Numbered from the stretch's first letter, positions 13,791 through 29,613 are shown. The stretch: DNA of 64,000 nt from Eledone cirrhosa (GCA_964016885.1 OZ024742.1:88040001-88104000); one strand, 5' to 3'. Translations and numbers: made by a program. The notes: generated from the sequence alone by a model not told the origin.

Positions 13791-13844
<54 letters not shown>

Positions 13845-14338
13845 TTGTCTAAATAGACATGTTTTTCAGTGACTTCTCAACATGATTGCAACTCAACCAA
13901 GCGGAAAAGGACACTCTTCGACAACCTACATTCGGCGCCAAACCAGTTGGCGCTAAAATCAATTTTAACATTCACGTGACTTCTACCGACCAATCAAAAT
14001 TGTTTTGATTACAAGAATTTTTGCAACACGAATTGGCGTGAAATGTATAGTGCTTATTCACGTGACATTCAACAACCAACCAAATCTTAATACCTCTCGA
14101 GCCACTTTTTTCACATAAAACAGGAAGAATTTCCAAAACTGATCAGATTAGAGCAAACATCACGATCGCTCTATCTCAAAATTATTTTTGAAAAGCATTA
14201 GAAATGCGCAACCCGTAAAAACTTAAAACTAAAACTGAATCCTAACCAATACTTCTTACTAAATTATACTTATTCCTAATTAAACTATTTTTCACTGGGA
14301 AAAATTTGTCAGCATTTTCTTTTCCTTTTTACTAATAT
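10131..14338 (+). mobile_element. Neptune-like PLE, 5'-truncated, endonuclease missing, with long inverted pseudo-LTR arms (~10167-10898 / ~13505-14338)
   Basis: Arms are reverse complements. The body encodes LSKGLKF, ANKG, GTAMGTKTAPTYANL, WKRYLDDC and PFLD. A degenerate UUGAAAA HHR lies at 14185-14220. Confidence 0.85.
10910..13020 (+). pseudogene. End of upstream ORF1 plus disrupted PLE RT ORF
   Basis: Collinear with the minus-strand element at 26014-29418; multiple stops and frameshifts. Confidence 0.85.
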
Positions 14339-14343
14339 ATATA

Positions 14344-14421
14344 AATATAGATGAGATTCTACACAACTAGAACTTTTTCATTCTTTAGAAATCATCAGGA
14401 ATTTCTGATCTCATCTATATT
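14344..14421 (-). ncRNA. Candidate hammerhead within a long hairpin
   Basis: AUUC-CUGAUGA-U-UUCU(AA)AGAA-U-GAAA-...-UA-GAAU, with stem I extended by AATATAGATGAGAT / ATCTCATCTATATT. Stem III is long and poorly paired. Confidence 0.6.
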
Positions 14422-14496
14422 AAAACTTCCATACTCTGCTATGTATTGAGTACCTTACTTACTGTGGTCATCTCTCATTCAACCCGGAATAACTTA

Positions 14497-14576
<80 letters not shown>

Positions 14577-14729
14577 TACATTTACACACGTGTATATTAT
14601 CCTTTAAATAGACCATAGGGCAACGAAATATAAGCCGACAGTAGGTAGACATGGAAATACTATAATCCGATTAATTCAAATTAGAATAACAAAAATTGAA
14701 GCATTATGTGTCCAATTTCTACAACACAA

Positions 14730-14734
14730 ATAGC

Positions 14735-14812
<78 letters not shown>

Positions 14813-14842
14813 CGTAGTAGTAGTAGTAGTAGTGGTAGTAGC

Positions 14843-14938
<96 letters not shown>
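14730..14938. repeat. (TAG)n-(TAT)n-(TAG)n compound microsatellite
   Basis: Read directly from the sequence. Confidence 0.98.
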
Positions 14939-15925
14939 TACCTCAGAATATTAAACTGTCGCCGGAGTCAAATTTTGGCAGATTTAGTTCTCACTGAGTT
15001 ATGCTTAGGGGTTTAGCATCTACAATGTGAAAACACATTATTCGACATAGTCACATGCAAGTTAATTTTATATTACTCACTTTATTATTATTTTAAGACA
15101 ATGCGTATTTATCTGAAAGTATGTATTGTTACACTGTGCTTTATAAAAATAAACTGACATTCCTTTTAACGCAAGAATCACAAATAATTAGAATTCACAC
15201 TACAGAAGTTAAGAGCTGTATATTATTAAGTGTATATTCGTCTAGAATGCAGTATAAGAAGAACACCTGTGTACATATTGACTAATTTAGATTATATGAA
15301 TTTAAAACTAAATAATTATTCTAATATTTTTACTAACTTTACAATTCATTTAAATATATTTATAACATTCCGAATGCAATAAGAATATATCAAAACATAA
15401 ACACAAAACGGGCAAAACATTCGTGAGAAGATAAGGCCTAGTATAAGTTTATGGTGTTTATATATTTCTTTTTTTGAGCTGTTCGTGATGATATGTATTT
15501 TCCTGACATTTGCTATTTGTCATCTTTTCTTATTAATCAAATATTTGTAAAATTGTGGATGTTATTTTATTCAGATTTCATTTATCTCATTTTATTTTAT
15601 TGTCATGATGAGAGATTTTTCAAATTAGTTGATTCAATCATAACACCTCTCCCTCTTGATTTCAAATTTCCTAATAAAAAATATTCTAATACGCAAAGAT
15701 CGTGACATCTTCCGAATCGAATTTACTCAACTTAATTGAAATGTACATGTCTCTATCTTTTTAGAAGCATATTTACAAGTATTTCAACTTTTATTATGTA
15801 TATCAAAATTATTAGATAAATAATCCAACAAAGTTATTTTCAGTGAGTATTAATTAATGATAAATGTAAGAAACAATATGTGCATTCCAGAAAATTCAAT
15901 TATCTCTTCTGTTTATCAAATTAAT

Positions 15926-16103
15926 TGTTTCTAATTTTGGCGCAAGGCCAGCAATTACCCAGTGCATTACTGGTACTTTATTTTATCGACCCCGTAAGGA
16001 TGAGAGGCAAAGTCAACCTCGGCGGGATTTGAACTCAGATGGTTAAGGGACGTAACTATGCCGGAAAGCATGGAATCCGACCCTCTACCGATATTGCCAA
16101 TCC
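15926..16103 (-). mobile_element. Full-length tRNA-derived SINE with an 11-bp target-site duplication (TSD)
   Basis: B box GAGTTCAAATCCC on the minus strand and a conserved central block. TSD ATCAAATTAAT at 15915-15925 and 16104-16114. Other copies at 24993, 54586 and 55059. Confidence 0.85.
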
Positions 16104-16181
16104 ATCAAATTAATACGTGTAAAATGAAGCTCAATCATCTTTATGAAGAAAACTACTCAGAAACAACCGCACACACACGCG

Positions 16182-16314
<133 letters not shown>

Positions 16315-16394
16315 GTCGTAGCTGATTATTGCACACACTCACACATACAAATAAATAAATGCATAATTATGCATATATATATATTGTTTTTTTT

Positions 16395-16640
16395 CTCATA
16401 TAAAACATGAGTAACTTTCAAAAACCAACAAGATGTGAGAAAAACCACAAACCCGCCATCTCACTTCTACTTTTGAAAACCAGAAGAATTGTGAAACCAG
16501 TAAAGGAACAAAATAAATATATATTTTTATAAAAGAAGACTCCAGTTGCATTTTCGATTTCATCTTTTTTCCTTATACTTTCAGTCATGTGGGATACATC
16601 GTTTTTTTATCATTTTGTAAAAAAACCTCACTTTCTAATA
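16395..16640 (+). mobile_element. Solo 3' pseudo-LTR of the Neptune-like family at 24426
   Basis: Diverged reverse-complement match to 24426-24660, with a degenerate UUGAAAA HHR. Ends CTTTCTAATA next to (TA)n. Confidence 0.8.
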
Positions 16641-16849
16641 TATATATGAAAGATTGAAGAATAACATGGGTCGGCTGTGCACAAAGAGATTTATTTCAGG
16701 TATTAACATTTGTTTTATTGATCCGGTGAGTCTAAAGGGTGCTATTCACTCGAAGTTGCGTCACTCGACCTTAAATACTGGATTACCTATAACGATAACT
16801 TGTTATCCCATATCTAGGGCGAGTAAAACTCCCAATATCCATGGACGAG

Positions 16850-17460
16850 TACTCTTCAGGGGTCTCTGTCCCTCATTATCACTGCCATGTCCTGCGTCTC
16901 CAACAGACAAGTGTCTGTCCATAGGGCATCAACATACGTTAACGTTCGTCTTTCTCTTCCAGTTTGTCCATGCAGGGGCTCCCACAGGATCACTGAGTGC
17001 AGTGTCAACTCTGGATGTCGGTAGCATGTCCAGTTAACCTCGGTCACTTCTGTGTCACTTTTGAGCTGACTTTTGGGAGCCTCCCATACAGCTCAGAATG
17101 TTTCATCCTCAGTGTATATTGATTTATTTTCAGAGCCATCCTCAGCATTCTCGTGTAGCACCCATCCACCGTCTGAGTGAGTTTCTTGGTCAGTGTCCAA
17201 GTCTCATACCCATACAGCAGCACAGACTCCACTACAGCAATGAAGAGGCGGATTTTCAGGTCTTTACAAAGGTCCGACTCCCACACAGATCTCAAGATGT
17301 GGCACGCCGCCCAGGCTTTGCTCTTCCTCTCAACCACATCATCTTCCGTATTCCCAATCTTTGCTCCCAAATACAGGAAGTTCTCAACTAATTCTAGAGG
17401 CTTACCTCCTACATTAGTAATGCCCTCTGGCTTATCAACTTCTCTACCAGATATTTTGTC
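16850..17460 (-). pseudogene. 3' fragment of a non-LTR retrotransposon ORF (RTE-like, downstream of the RT core)
   Basis: LKIRLFIAVVESVLLYGYETWTLTKKLTQTVDGCYTRMLR is a typical RTE-type C-terminal block. Confidence 0.8.
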
Positions 17461-17532
17461 TTAGTCTCATTCATTCCCCAGCCCCACACTCATCGACATG
17501 GTCTCAATCCGCTGATGCCGGAGGTTATCCCA

Positions 17533-20611
<3,079 letters not shown>

Positions 20612-20639
20612 ATATATATATATATTTATTTATTTATTT

Positions 20640-21790
20640 AGGTTTGTTGGTTCACCACTGGATAGAATTGGTCATTCCGTATGGTCAATCTTGATGTGAT
20701 ATTATGGAGAGTACTCAACTTAGTGCTGTTCACCCGTCTTCGTTTGTGTAGTTGGTGGTGTTAATACGGAGTTAATTATTACAAATAAAATAACACGATG
20801 CTGGACTAGTGTAAATCCTTGAAAAGTTTATTATACTATGATCATTTCAATGACCGGGTTCCGTTTGAATCCGGTGATATATTCAAGTATTCGAAATATA
20901 ACAAAGCAAAATATAAAATCCATGGGTCCGAAAATCAGAGACAGAGAGGGCGACTGACCAAATAGCTGCTTTCACCTCGGTCAGTCGCCTCAAGTGATGG
21001 CATATCGGTTTACTAATGACCATCTGGTGAGGGGGCGAAGGCTTATAATGTACTAACACCTCTACGTCAGAGAATAAAAAAAGGAAAGAAAGAAAGAAGA
21101 AAAGTATGCGTAAGGGTTACACTACACGAACAGTCGTGCTAGAGGACGCCGCGAAAAATGTTATTCTAAAGAACACATATTTTAGCAAAGGCAAATATAT
21201 GGGTGTTTGTATGGTCTAATGTGTGAAGAGAAAATTGGAACGTTAACTTATGTTAAGGGTTATAGGATGAAATTAAATTGTTAGAAAATTAATAGAAAAT
21301 TAAAGGTTCGTGTTGCTAGATTTATTTAATGAAATTACTCACAGAGTTTATATGAACAATTTAAGTGTATTATAGGGGATCTCGATAAGTTATAAAGGTG
21401 GGATTAGAGTAACGATAAAAGCCTTCGATTGTAAATCCAAGCCAGCACCTCCTAACCACGTGTCATCTAGTTTCGAGTGGTATCGTCTAGCGAAATAAAT
21501 GGAAATTAATTTTTCAGAGTACTCTAGGAACGTAGCTGCGATAATCTCCGGGTGTACTAGCGGGAAGTCAACCAGCTTCTACAGGCCTTCGTCTATACCA
21601 AACGAATACTATTAATTATCTAAGGAGGGGTTTATATACGTCCCAGCAGAGGAAGGCATGATACAACTAACAGTTATGCCTAAGCCTAGAGTTTATAGGT
21701 ATGAGTATAATGTGGCGGTCAAAACAGGCGGTGCGGCGGGCCCCGGGGCAAATCAACCCGCTCCGATGTTGTTTCGTTTACCGAAAGAGG
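20640..21790 (-). mobile_element. Unclassified non-coding insertion with an HHR-like motif at 20833-20890
   Basis: AUAC-UUGAAUA-...ACCGG/CCGGU stem II...-GAAA-UGAUCA-UA-GUAU. Perfect 11-bp hairpin at 20949-20989; TA-flanked. Confidence 0.45.
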
Positions 21791-21810
21791 GGAAATTTAT
21801 TTTCTTATCT

Positions 21811-21889
<79 letters not shown>

Positions 21890-21892
<3 letters not shown>

Positions 21893-23000
21893 ATAAGAAA
21901 ATTATATATATATATAAGATAAGAAAATTATAAATTTAACTTACTTACTAAAATATCACTTCCAACTAATTAGTTTCTGGAATGGAGTAGATACATCTTC
22001 CGAAGAAGGTGTTAAGAAACATCCCGTCATCAGGAAAGTCTATTCTCATATAAGTTTCCAGGTAAAGCGAGGACTCTGGAAGCTTATTAAAAAATAAATC
22101 AGTGAATAGGAAATAGCAAAGCGTGGACTTACTTCCTATCCATTGAGAAAATCACTGCCTCTGTGTCTGTGGCAAATTCAAAAAGAATCGAACACGTGAC
22201 ATCGAGGTCAATCGGTGGAAAGTGGGTTGTTAATAAGACAGCGGCCAGCCTACTACTCTAGCAGCAGTCATGGCCAGTATTGCTCGACAAATATTTTGGA
22301 GATAATAATAAAAAATTTATAGCTAGTAACATATATATAGATACAAATGCATATCGATGCTAGCAAATATATATAGGTTTTGTCTTAATAACATTGTGGT
22401 TCAATGCATGGGGTTGCAGAACAATAATATAAGAGACGTAAGATAAGAAAATTATAAAATTAACTTACTTACTAAAATATCACTTCCAACTAAATTGTTT
22501 CTGGAATGGAGTAGATACATCTTCCGAAGAAGGTGTAAAGAAACATCCCGTCAAAAGGAAAGTCTATTCTCATATAAGTTTCCAGGCAAAGCAAGGACTC
22601 TGGAAGCTTATTAAAAAATAAATCAGTGAATAGGAAATAGCAAAGCGTGGACTTACTTCCTAGCCATTGAAAAAATCACTGCCTCTGTGTCTGTGGCAAA
22701 TTCAAGAAGAATCGAACACATGACATCGAGGTCAATCGGTGGAAAGTGGGTTGTTAATAAGACAGCGGCCAGCCTACTACCGTAGCAGCAGTCATGGCCA
22801 GTATTGCTCGACAAATATTTTGGAGATAATAATAAAGAATTTATATCTAGTAACATATATATACATATAAATGCATATATTATTGTTCTGCAACCCCATG
22901 CATTGAACCACAATGTGATTAAGACAAAACCTATATATTTGCTAGCATCGATATGCATTTGTATGTATATATATCTTACTAGATATAAATTCTTTATTAT
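21890..23000. repeat. Retrozyme-like array D: 1.8 units of 524 bp plus an inverted terminal segment
   Basis: Period 524 (21916 vs 22440). 22878-23000 is the reverse complement of ~22305-22428. The HHR at 21958-22039 is intact; the second copy has a mutated core. Confidence 0.85.
21958..22039 (-). ncRNA. Type I hammerhead with a large branched stem II
   Basis: ACUUUC-CUGAUGA-C-GGGAU[insert with CUUC(UUCG)GAAG]AUUCC-A-GAAA-CUAAUUAG-UU-GGAAGU. Confidence 0.8.
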
Positions 23001-23016
23001 ATATATATATATATAT

Positions 23017-23074
23017 GTAAATGTAAGTATGTATGTATACGTACATACATACGTGTATACAGACGTACAGTAGC

Positions 23075-23133
<59 letters not shown>

Positions 23134-23568
23134 CAGGTACACATGTATATATGTACGTATCAGTTTAGCGGACGATTATTATAACGCACGCATTGTCCGT
23201 TTGTAAACAAACTGATAGCCTGATTTATGCCGTACGGTGTTAAGGCAACCACGTCACCTTTTTGTTCAACACTGACACAGGAACGATGTACTAGTTTCAA
23301 GCTTGTTAGCTATCGTCAGCACCGTATACCCTTCTGCCAGATGGTTGAACGTCCGAAAGTATATACCTTCCTTATGAAAATTAACAGCTGAGCAGCCTAA
23401 TTTGCATATCGAGTGAGTTCAGTCGGCCAGGCGCACTGAAAACGAGAAAACGATAAGTTGGGATAGAATCAAACGAAATTTCATTTATCACTCTTAGTAC
23501 GGCACTTACTTAAATGTAAGTATGTATGTATACGTACTTACATACATGTATACAGACGTACAGTAGCA

Positions 23569-23656
<88 letters not shown>

Positions 23657-24160
23657 CAGGTACACATATATATATGTACGTATCAGTTTAGCGGACGTTT
23701 ATTATAACGCTCGCTTTGTCCGTTTGTAAACAAACTGACAGCCTGATTTATGCCGTACGGTGTTAAGGTAACCACGTCACCTATTTGTTCAACACTGAGA
23801 CAGGAACGATGTACTAGTTTCAAGTTTGTTAGTTGTCGTCAGCACCGTATACCCTTCTACCAGATGGTTGAACGTTCGAAAGTATATACTTTCCTTACGA
23901 AAATTAACGGCTGAGCAGCCTAATTTGCATATCGAGTGAGTTCAGTCGGCCAGGCGCACAGAAGGGTATACAGTGCTGACGATAGCTAACAAGCTTGAAA
24001 CTAGTACATCGTTCCTGTGTCAGTGTTGAACAAAAAGGTGACGTGGTTGCCTTAACACCGTACGGCATAAATCAGGCTATCAGTTTGTTTACAAAAGGAC
24101 AAAGCGAGCGTTATAATAAACGTCCTCTAAACTGATACGTACGTATATATATATGTGTAC

Positions 24161-24254
<94 letters not shown>

Positions 24255-24385
24255 TATATATACATATATGCATGCTACCCTACGTCTGTATACACGTATG
24301 TATGTACGTATACATACATACTTACATTTAAGTAAGTGCCGTACTAAGAGTGAGAAATGAAATTTGGTTTCATTCTATCCCAACT

Positions 24386-24390
<5 letters not shown>
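23017..24390. repeat. Second, diverged insertion of family B (about 2 units plus an inverted partial unit)
   Basis: HHRs with a CUGACGA core at 23283-23325 (-), 23806-23848 (-) and 23970-24012 (+). Inversion junction near 23959. Confidence 0.88.
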
Positions 24391-24432
<42 letters not shown>

Positions 24433-24992
24433 GTGAGGTTTTTTTTACAAAATGAAAAATAACCGAGGTGTCCTACACGAGTGAAAGTATAAAGAAAAAG
24501 AGATGAAATCGAAAATGCAACTGGAGTCTTATTTTTTTTTTAAATATATATATTTATTTGGTTCCTTTAGCGGTTTCGCAGTTCTTCTGCTTTTCAAAAG
24601 GTGAGTTGAGATGGAGGGTCTGTGGTTTTTCTCACATCTGGTTGGTCTCTGAATGTTACTTGTTTTATATGGAAAAAGTGGCTCGAAATGCCAGGTTTTT
24701 CGAGAAGTAATTTGATTGGTTTGTCAATAATTATAATAAATTTCGCGCCAGGTCGTGTTACAATAGTTCGTCAAAAAAAAGGGGGGGGGGGGGTTGTCAC
24801 AGGTTGTGTTTTCATATATGAGAGTTTGAATTTCTTTTTACTTGAAAAAAGGAGGCTCACGAAGGCTTTTTTTTAGTTGGTTATAAATGGAATTATGGCT
24901 GTCACGTGAACAAATTTTCATTAAATTGTTGTGCCCTTATTTGGAAATCCATTCTCTAGCCTTTTTACAGAATTTTTTCATAAAAAGATAAT

Positions 24993-25046
24993 TGTTTCTA
25001 CTTTTGGCACAAGGCCAGCAATTACCCAGTGTATTACTGGTACTTT
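24993..25046 (-). mobile_element. 3' fragment of the SINE nested in the PLE 3' UTR
   Basis: Matches the SINE tail. TSD AAAGATAAT at 24984-24992 and 25047-25055. Confidence 0.8.
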
Positions 25047-26013
25047 AAAGATAATGGTCAAGAGAAAGGGATGGGAGAATTGTTCTGGTTCAGTGAATAT
25101 ATGGTTAGTTCGCTGGGGTGTCAGAATTCAGATTTTCTATTGAATAAAGAAAGTATTAATATGTGTGTTTATTTGTGTGCTTGTGTGTGTGCGTGTGTGC
25201 GTGTGTGTGTGTGTTTGTGTGTTTGAATTTCTTTACTTTACAAAAAGGTGGCTCACGAAGGCTTTTTTTTAATAAACGTGATTTGTTTGGTTATAAATGA
25301 AATTTGGCTGTCACGTGAACAAGTTTTCATTACATTTTTGCGCCCTTATTTGGAAAACTATTCTTTATAGCGAATGTTATGACAATGGACAGATAGTGGT
25401 CAAGAGAAAAGGGATTGTTCTGGTTCAGTGAATATGGTTAGTTCGTTGTGGTGTCAGAGTTCAGATTTTCTATTGAAGTGAAGATATGTATGTTTATTTG
25501 TGTGCTTGGGTGTGTGTATATGTGTGTGTGTGTGTGTATGTGTGTGTGTGTATTGGAAGATGATTCTATTAGTAGAAATAGGGGAGGGAGTTGTGTGTGT
25601 GTGTATATGGGTGTTATGTGTGTGTGTGCGAGTATGTTAAGATGGAGAGAATATATATTTTGTGTGTGTACATATATGTGTGTAGGAAAGTGGTTCTATT
25701 AGTAGAAATGGGGAGGGAGTTGTGGGTGTGAGGGTTGTTATGTGTGTGTATGGGTGTTATGTGTGTGGGAGTATGGTTAGCATGTTAAGATGAAGAGAAT
25801 ATATATATATATATTGTGTGTGTGTGTACGTGTGTGTGTAGGAAAGTGATTCCTTTAGTAGGAATATTTTTGAATGAACATATTTTGCTTACTTATTCGT
25901 ATTGTCAGTGCAAACGTATGTTAAGGTTTATTTAGTTCGGGTTTTTATTTTCTAAAGTAGAAGGTGTTATGTGTGTGTGTGTATGTCATATTATGGTGTT
26001 GATATAATGTATA

Positions 26014-28311
26014 TTAAACCTTATTTAATGTTGGTCTATATTTTTGAATAAACATATTTTCCTTATTTATTCGCATTTGTTCTGTTGTATTGTTAGCGCA
26101 AAGGTAAAATGGGAAGACTTGGAATTTGGGTGTCTTATTACTTGCGCAAATGTCTAGATGTGCACTTATTGGTATCTGTCTCGTGGTTGGATCTCGTAAT
26201 TGTTGGCGATGAACTGTCATTCTGTTTCTGAGTGTGAGTTAAGTTTGTCCTATATAATCTTCATTGCATCCTTTACATTTAATGGCATAAAGAAGATTTT
26301 TTGATGAGCTAGTGAAGTGATTTTTTACAGTAAAATTTTGTCCTGATTTAAATGTATACGTGTTGCCTTCAATGAGGTGAGTGCAGGTTCCACAATTAGA
26401 GCGACCACATTTTTTGATACTTGGTTGTGGGTTTGTGGTAGGTAATTTGGCATTCGTGAGTAATGTTTTCAGTGATGTTAGTTGTCTTTTGCTTTTGATT
26501 ATTTTGTGTGTTTCAAGGGCTTTTTTCATTCTTGGGTTTTGTTTTAGTAGTCGGATGTTATTGTGAATAGTGTTGTAAGCTTCCGCATTTCTTGGGTTGT
26601 GTGTTGAGATATATGATAGAATATTGGACGTACCTTGAATTTGTTTCTGTTTCCGTAATTCATCAATGCCTATTGCTTTAGCCCTTTCTATTCCATTATT
26701 TATTAGTAATAGTGGGTACACTCTCTCGAGTAGAATTTCCTTTAATTCTTGAAGTCTTTTATTTCGCGTTTCATAATTGGAGACAATTGTGCAAATTCTT
26801 CTTGCTAGGTTAAAAGGAATGTTCGTCTTTGTGTGCTTTGGATGGTTGGAGGTGAATAGCAGATATTGTTTGGAATCTGTTGGTTTGTAGTGTATGTCAG
26901 TTTCGATATTTGTGTCTTTTTTTAAGTTAAAGATGTCCAGAAATGGGAGTTGATCTTGGCTGTATTCCATTGTGAATTGGATGTGGTTATTGATGCCGTT
27001 TATTAAGTTTTTGAAATCCTTCAGTTGGTCGAGTGTGTGGGCCCAAAGAATGAGGCAATCATCCAAGTAGCGTTTCCAATTCTCTGATAAATATTTGTGG
27101 AAGTTCAATCCGTATTTTGATTTGGACTGTTCATATATCTGGACTTCTAAGTATGCCATGACTAAGTTGGCATAAGTTGGAGCGGCTTTTGTACCCATCG
27201 CAGTCCCCGATATTTGCTTTTAAGTATTGCTATCGAAATAAAAAAAGTTGTTCTGTAGGAGGAATTTTAATCCCTCAGTGATGAAGCTTTTTTCTATTCT
27301 GTCAGGTACCTCATTGGGATATTTCTCTAGCCAGAATCCTATTGCTTCTAGTCCGTATTGGTGTGGGATCGTATGTGTAGAGATTCACTACATCAAAAGA
27401 CACAATAATAGTGTCGTTGTTGACATGTTTGGGGAGGTGGTTTAAGAGGTCCAGATCGTCTCTTACAAGGCTTGGTATGTGTTTCAGTATTGGTTTAAGT
27501 AGTATGTCTATAAAGTTGCTCAATCTGTGTGTTTCACATTGTGGGCCCGCTACAATTGGTCTTAATTTAAGGTCTGTGGGGTATTGTGTGTTCACGCCCG
27601 CTGAGGTGGATTGTTTACAGGCATCGTTGATTATTGTACACTTGTGGATCTTCGGAAGTCCGTAAAGGTTGCTGGTTTTGTATTCAAAATTTGTTAAATA
27701 ATCGTGTTCCTTTTTAGTTAGGTCTTCCTGGTATCGATAAATCAGTGTGTTTAATTTGGTCATTATTTTTGTGTGCTGGTAGTTTTTTACTCTTTCATAG
27801 TAATTGGTATTTTGTAAGAGAGAGAACATAGAATTTTTATATTTTTCAGCCTCCATAATGACAACAGTACTTCCCTTGTCCGCTTCCTTAATTATAATGT
27901 CCGTATTGTTTTTTAGTTCATGGATAATCTCCCATTCCCTTCGACTCGTGTTGGGTTTGGGTTTAGGTTGCGGTAGTTCATGGTATGGGAAGGTAGCTAT
28001 GTGGTCACCAAATTTGTCCAGAACTCTGTTTCTACCTTTTGTTGGGTTGTAGCTGCTTTTATTCCGTACAATTGATTCGTCGTTATTCTCCTTGTCAAAG
28101 AATTCCTCTGTGAGACGTAATTTTCTACAGAAGTGTGAGATATCGTCATTTATCTCGTTGGGGTTAGGGTAGTGGTGTTGGTGTAATTTCAGACCTTTGG
28201 AGATAATTTTTACTTGTTGGGCTTAGAGGTTTGTATTTGAAATGTTAATTATTTTCGGTTTTTCAAAATCGGTTTGTGCCACCGGGTGTCGTGAGTCCTG
28301 TAGCCTTGGTC
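26014..28311 (-). pseudogene. PLE RT + Zn-finger-like linker + GIY-YIG ORF2 (several lesions)
   Basis: SKGLK, ADKG, YGLPKIHK, LRPIV, FDVVNLY, MGTKAAPTYANL, RYLDDC, CGRSNCGTC, LLY...YIGQT. Confidence 0.92.
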
Positions 28312-29418
28312 TAAAAAATGATTTTTCGGGAATGTTTTTTCATTGGTATTATTATATCTAATGGTATTTCCCCTGTTGTTGTGTGGTCTTGTATAGAAGT
28401 TTCGGACGTATCGAGGTTCGGTTTGTTGATAGTCCGGGTTGTAGATTTGGTTCCTTTGTGTGGGTTGCGATCTACGGTTTTGGAACAGGTTCTGTGTGGG
28501 CAGGGGTCTACGGTTTGGGAATAGGTTTTGTGTGGGTTGTGATCTGCGGATCAGGTCCTGCCTTGTGTTCGGGGATCTTTGGTTTTTGTTAGTTGGGTTA
28601 TAGTTTTGTCTATGGTTTCTGCGATTATCGTTATAGTTTTGCTGAGGGTATGTTGGACGTTTTGTTACTTTTTTTGTTATTTGTTGTGCATGTGGTGTGT
28701 GAGTTTTAGTTTGTTTTAAAAATGGGTTACCTGTATGTTGTTCATTTTTGAAATCCATTTCGTAGTTGTTGAACCAGGTGGCGTTTCTTTCCCATCGCTG
28801 GAGGGATGTTATTTCTTCATCCTCACAGTTTTCTTTCCAACATCTTAGGGTTTTTTTGTAAAGTAGGCCTTCAGAGTGCTTTGAGATTTCTGTGTTCATC
28901 TGTTGGTCGAGTGACTTGAATTTTTCTTCGTTGGAGTTGGCTCTTAATCGCAACAGTTCTATTTCTGTTTTAAATTTTTCCAATGCCATCTTTTCCCTAA
29001 GTCTTTGTTGGTTTTCTGGTTCATTCGGGATGTGTTTTATTTGGAGTTTTTTGGGGAGGATGATTGGGATAGTGTTTAGCCACTTTTCATATATGTCTGC
29101 CTTGCCATTATTTTTTAGGAGATTCCAAAGTGCGAATTTGCGGGCTGTGAGCTTTTGAGTCCATATGTTGATTAGCGTGTTTTTCACTGAGTGGACATCT
29201 CGTAGATTGGGTTCTAACGGTTGTTCCAGCTTTTGGAGCATTACTGTTTCAATGGTTTCGATTAGCTTAGTTAATACTGGAGTAATATTCGTCTCTTGGG
29301 TATTTTCTGTTTCTTCGTGGGGTCCTTTTTTATAGATGTGTATTTGGTCCACTTTGTTGGTCAAAATTGAGAGTTTAGAGGAAATCTCTTTGAGTTCATT
29401 TAAGATGTTCTGGTTCAA
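28249..29418 (-). CDS. PLE upstream ORF1 (389 aa; helical, charged N-terminal half and R/N/Q-rich basic tail)
   Basis: Long open frame in AT-rich DNA, directly upstream of and overlapping ORF2. The nearby ATG is one frameshift away from this frame. Confidence 0.7.
   Translation of the reverse strand: MNQNILNELKEISSKLSILTNKVDQIHIYKKGPHEETENTQETNITPVLTKLIETIETVMLQKLEQPLEPNLRDVHSVKNTLINIWTQKLTARKFALWNLLKNNGKADIYEKWLNTIPIILPKKLQIKHIPNEPENQQRLREKMALEKFKTEIELLRLRANSNEEKFKSLDQQMNTEISKHSEGLLYKKTLRCWKENCEDEEITSLQRWERNATWFNNYEMDFKNEQHTGNPFLKQTKTHTPHAQQITKKVTKRPTYPQQNYNDNRRNHRQNYNPTNKNQRSPNTRQDLIRRSQPTQNLFPNRRPLPTQNLFQNRRSQPTQRNQIYNPDYQQTEPRYVRNFYTRPHNNRGNTIRYNNTNEKTFPKNHFLDQGYRTHDTRWHKPILKNRK
28312..28318 (-). 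promoter_or_regulatory. Putative -1 ribosomal frameshift heptamer U-UUU-UUA
   Basis: In the ORF1 frame (cat ttt tta). The -1 frame runs into the RT N-terminus. The same site occurs at 11321-11327 (+). Confidence 0.7.
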
Positions 29419-29613
29419 TGAGTTGTTGTTTGTTGAGACATTGGTGGCATTTTCGGTCTTCGTGTGGTGGGTATATATTAGAAAGTGAGGTTTTTTTACA
29501 AAATGAAAAATAACCGAGGTGTCCTACACGAGTGAATGTATAAAGAAAAAGAGATGAAATCGAAAATGCAACTGGAGTCTTCTTTTTTTTTAAATATATA
29601 TATTTATTTGGTT

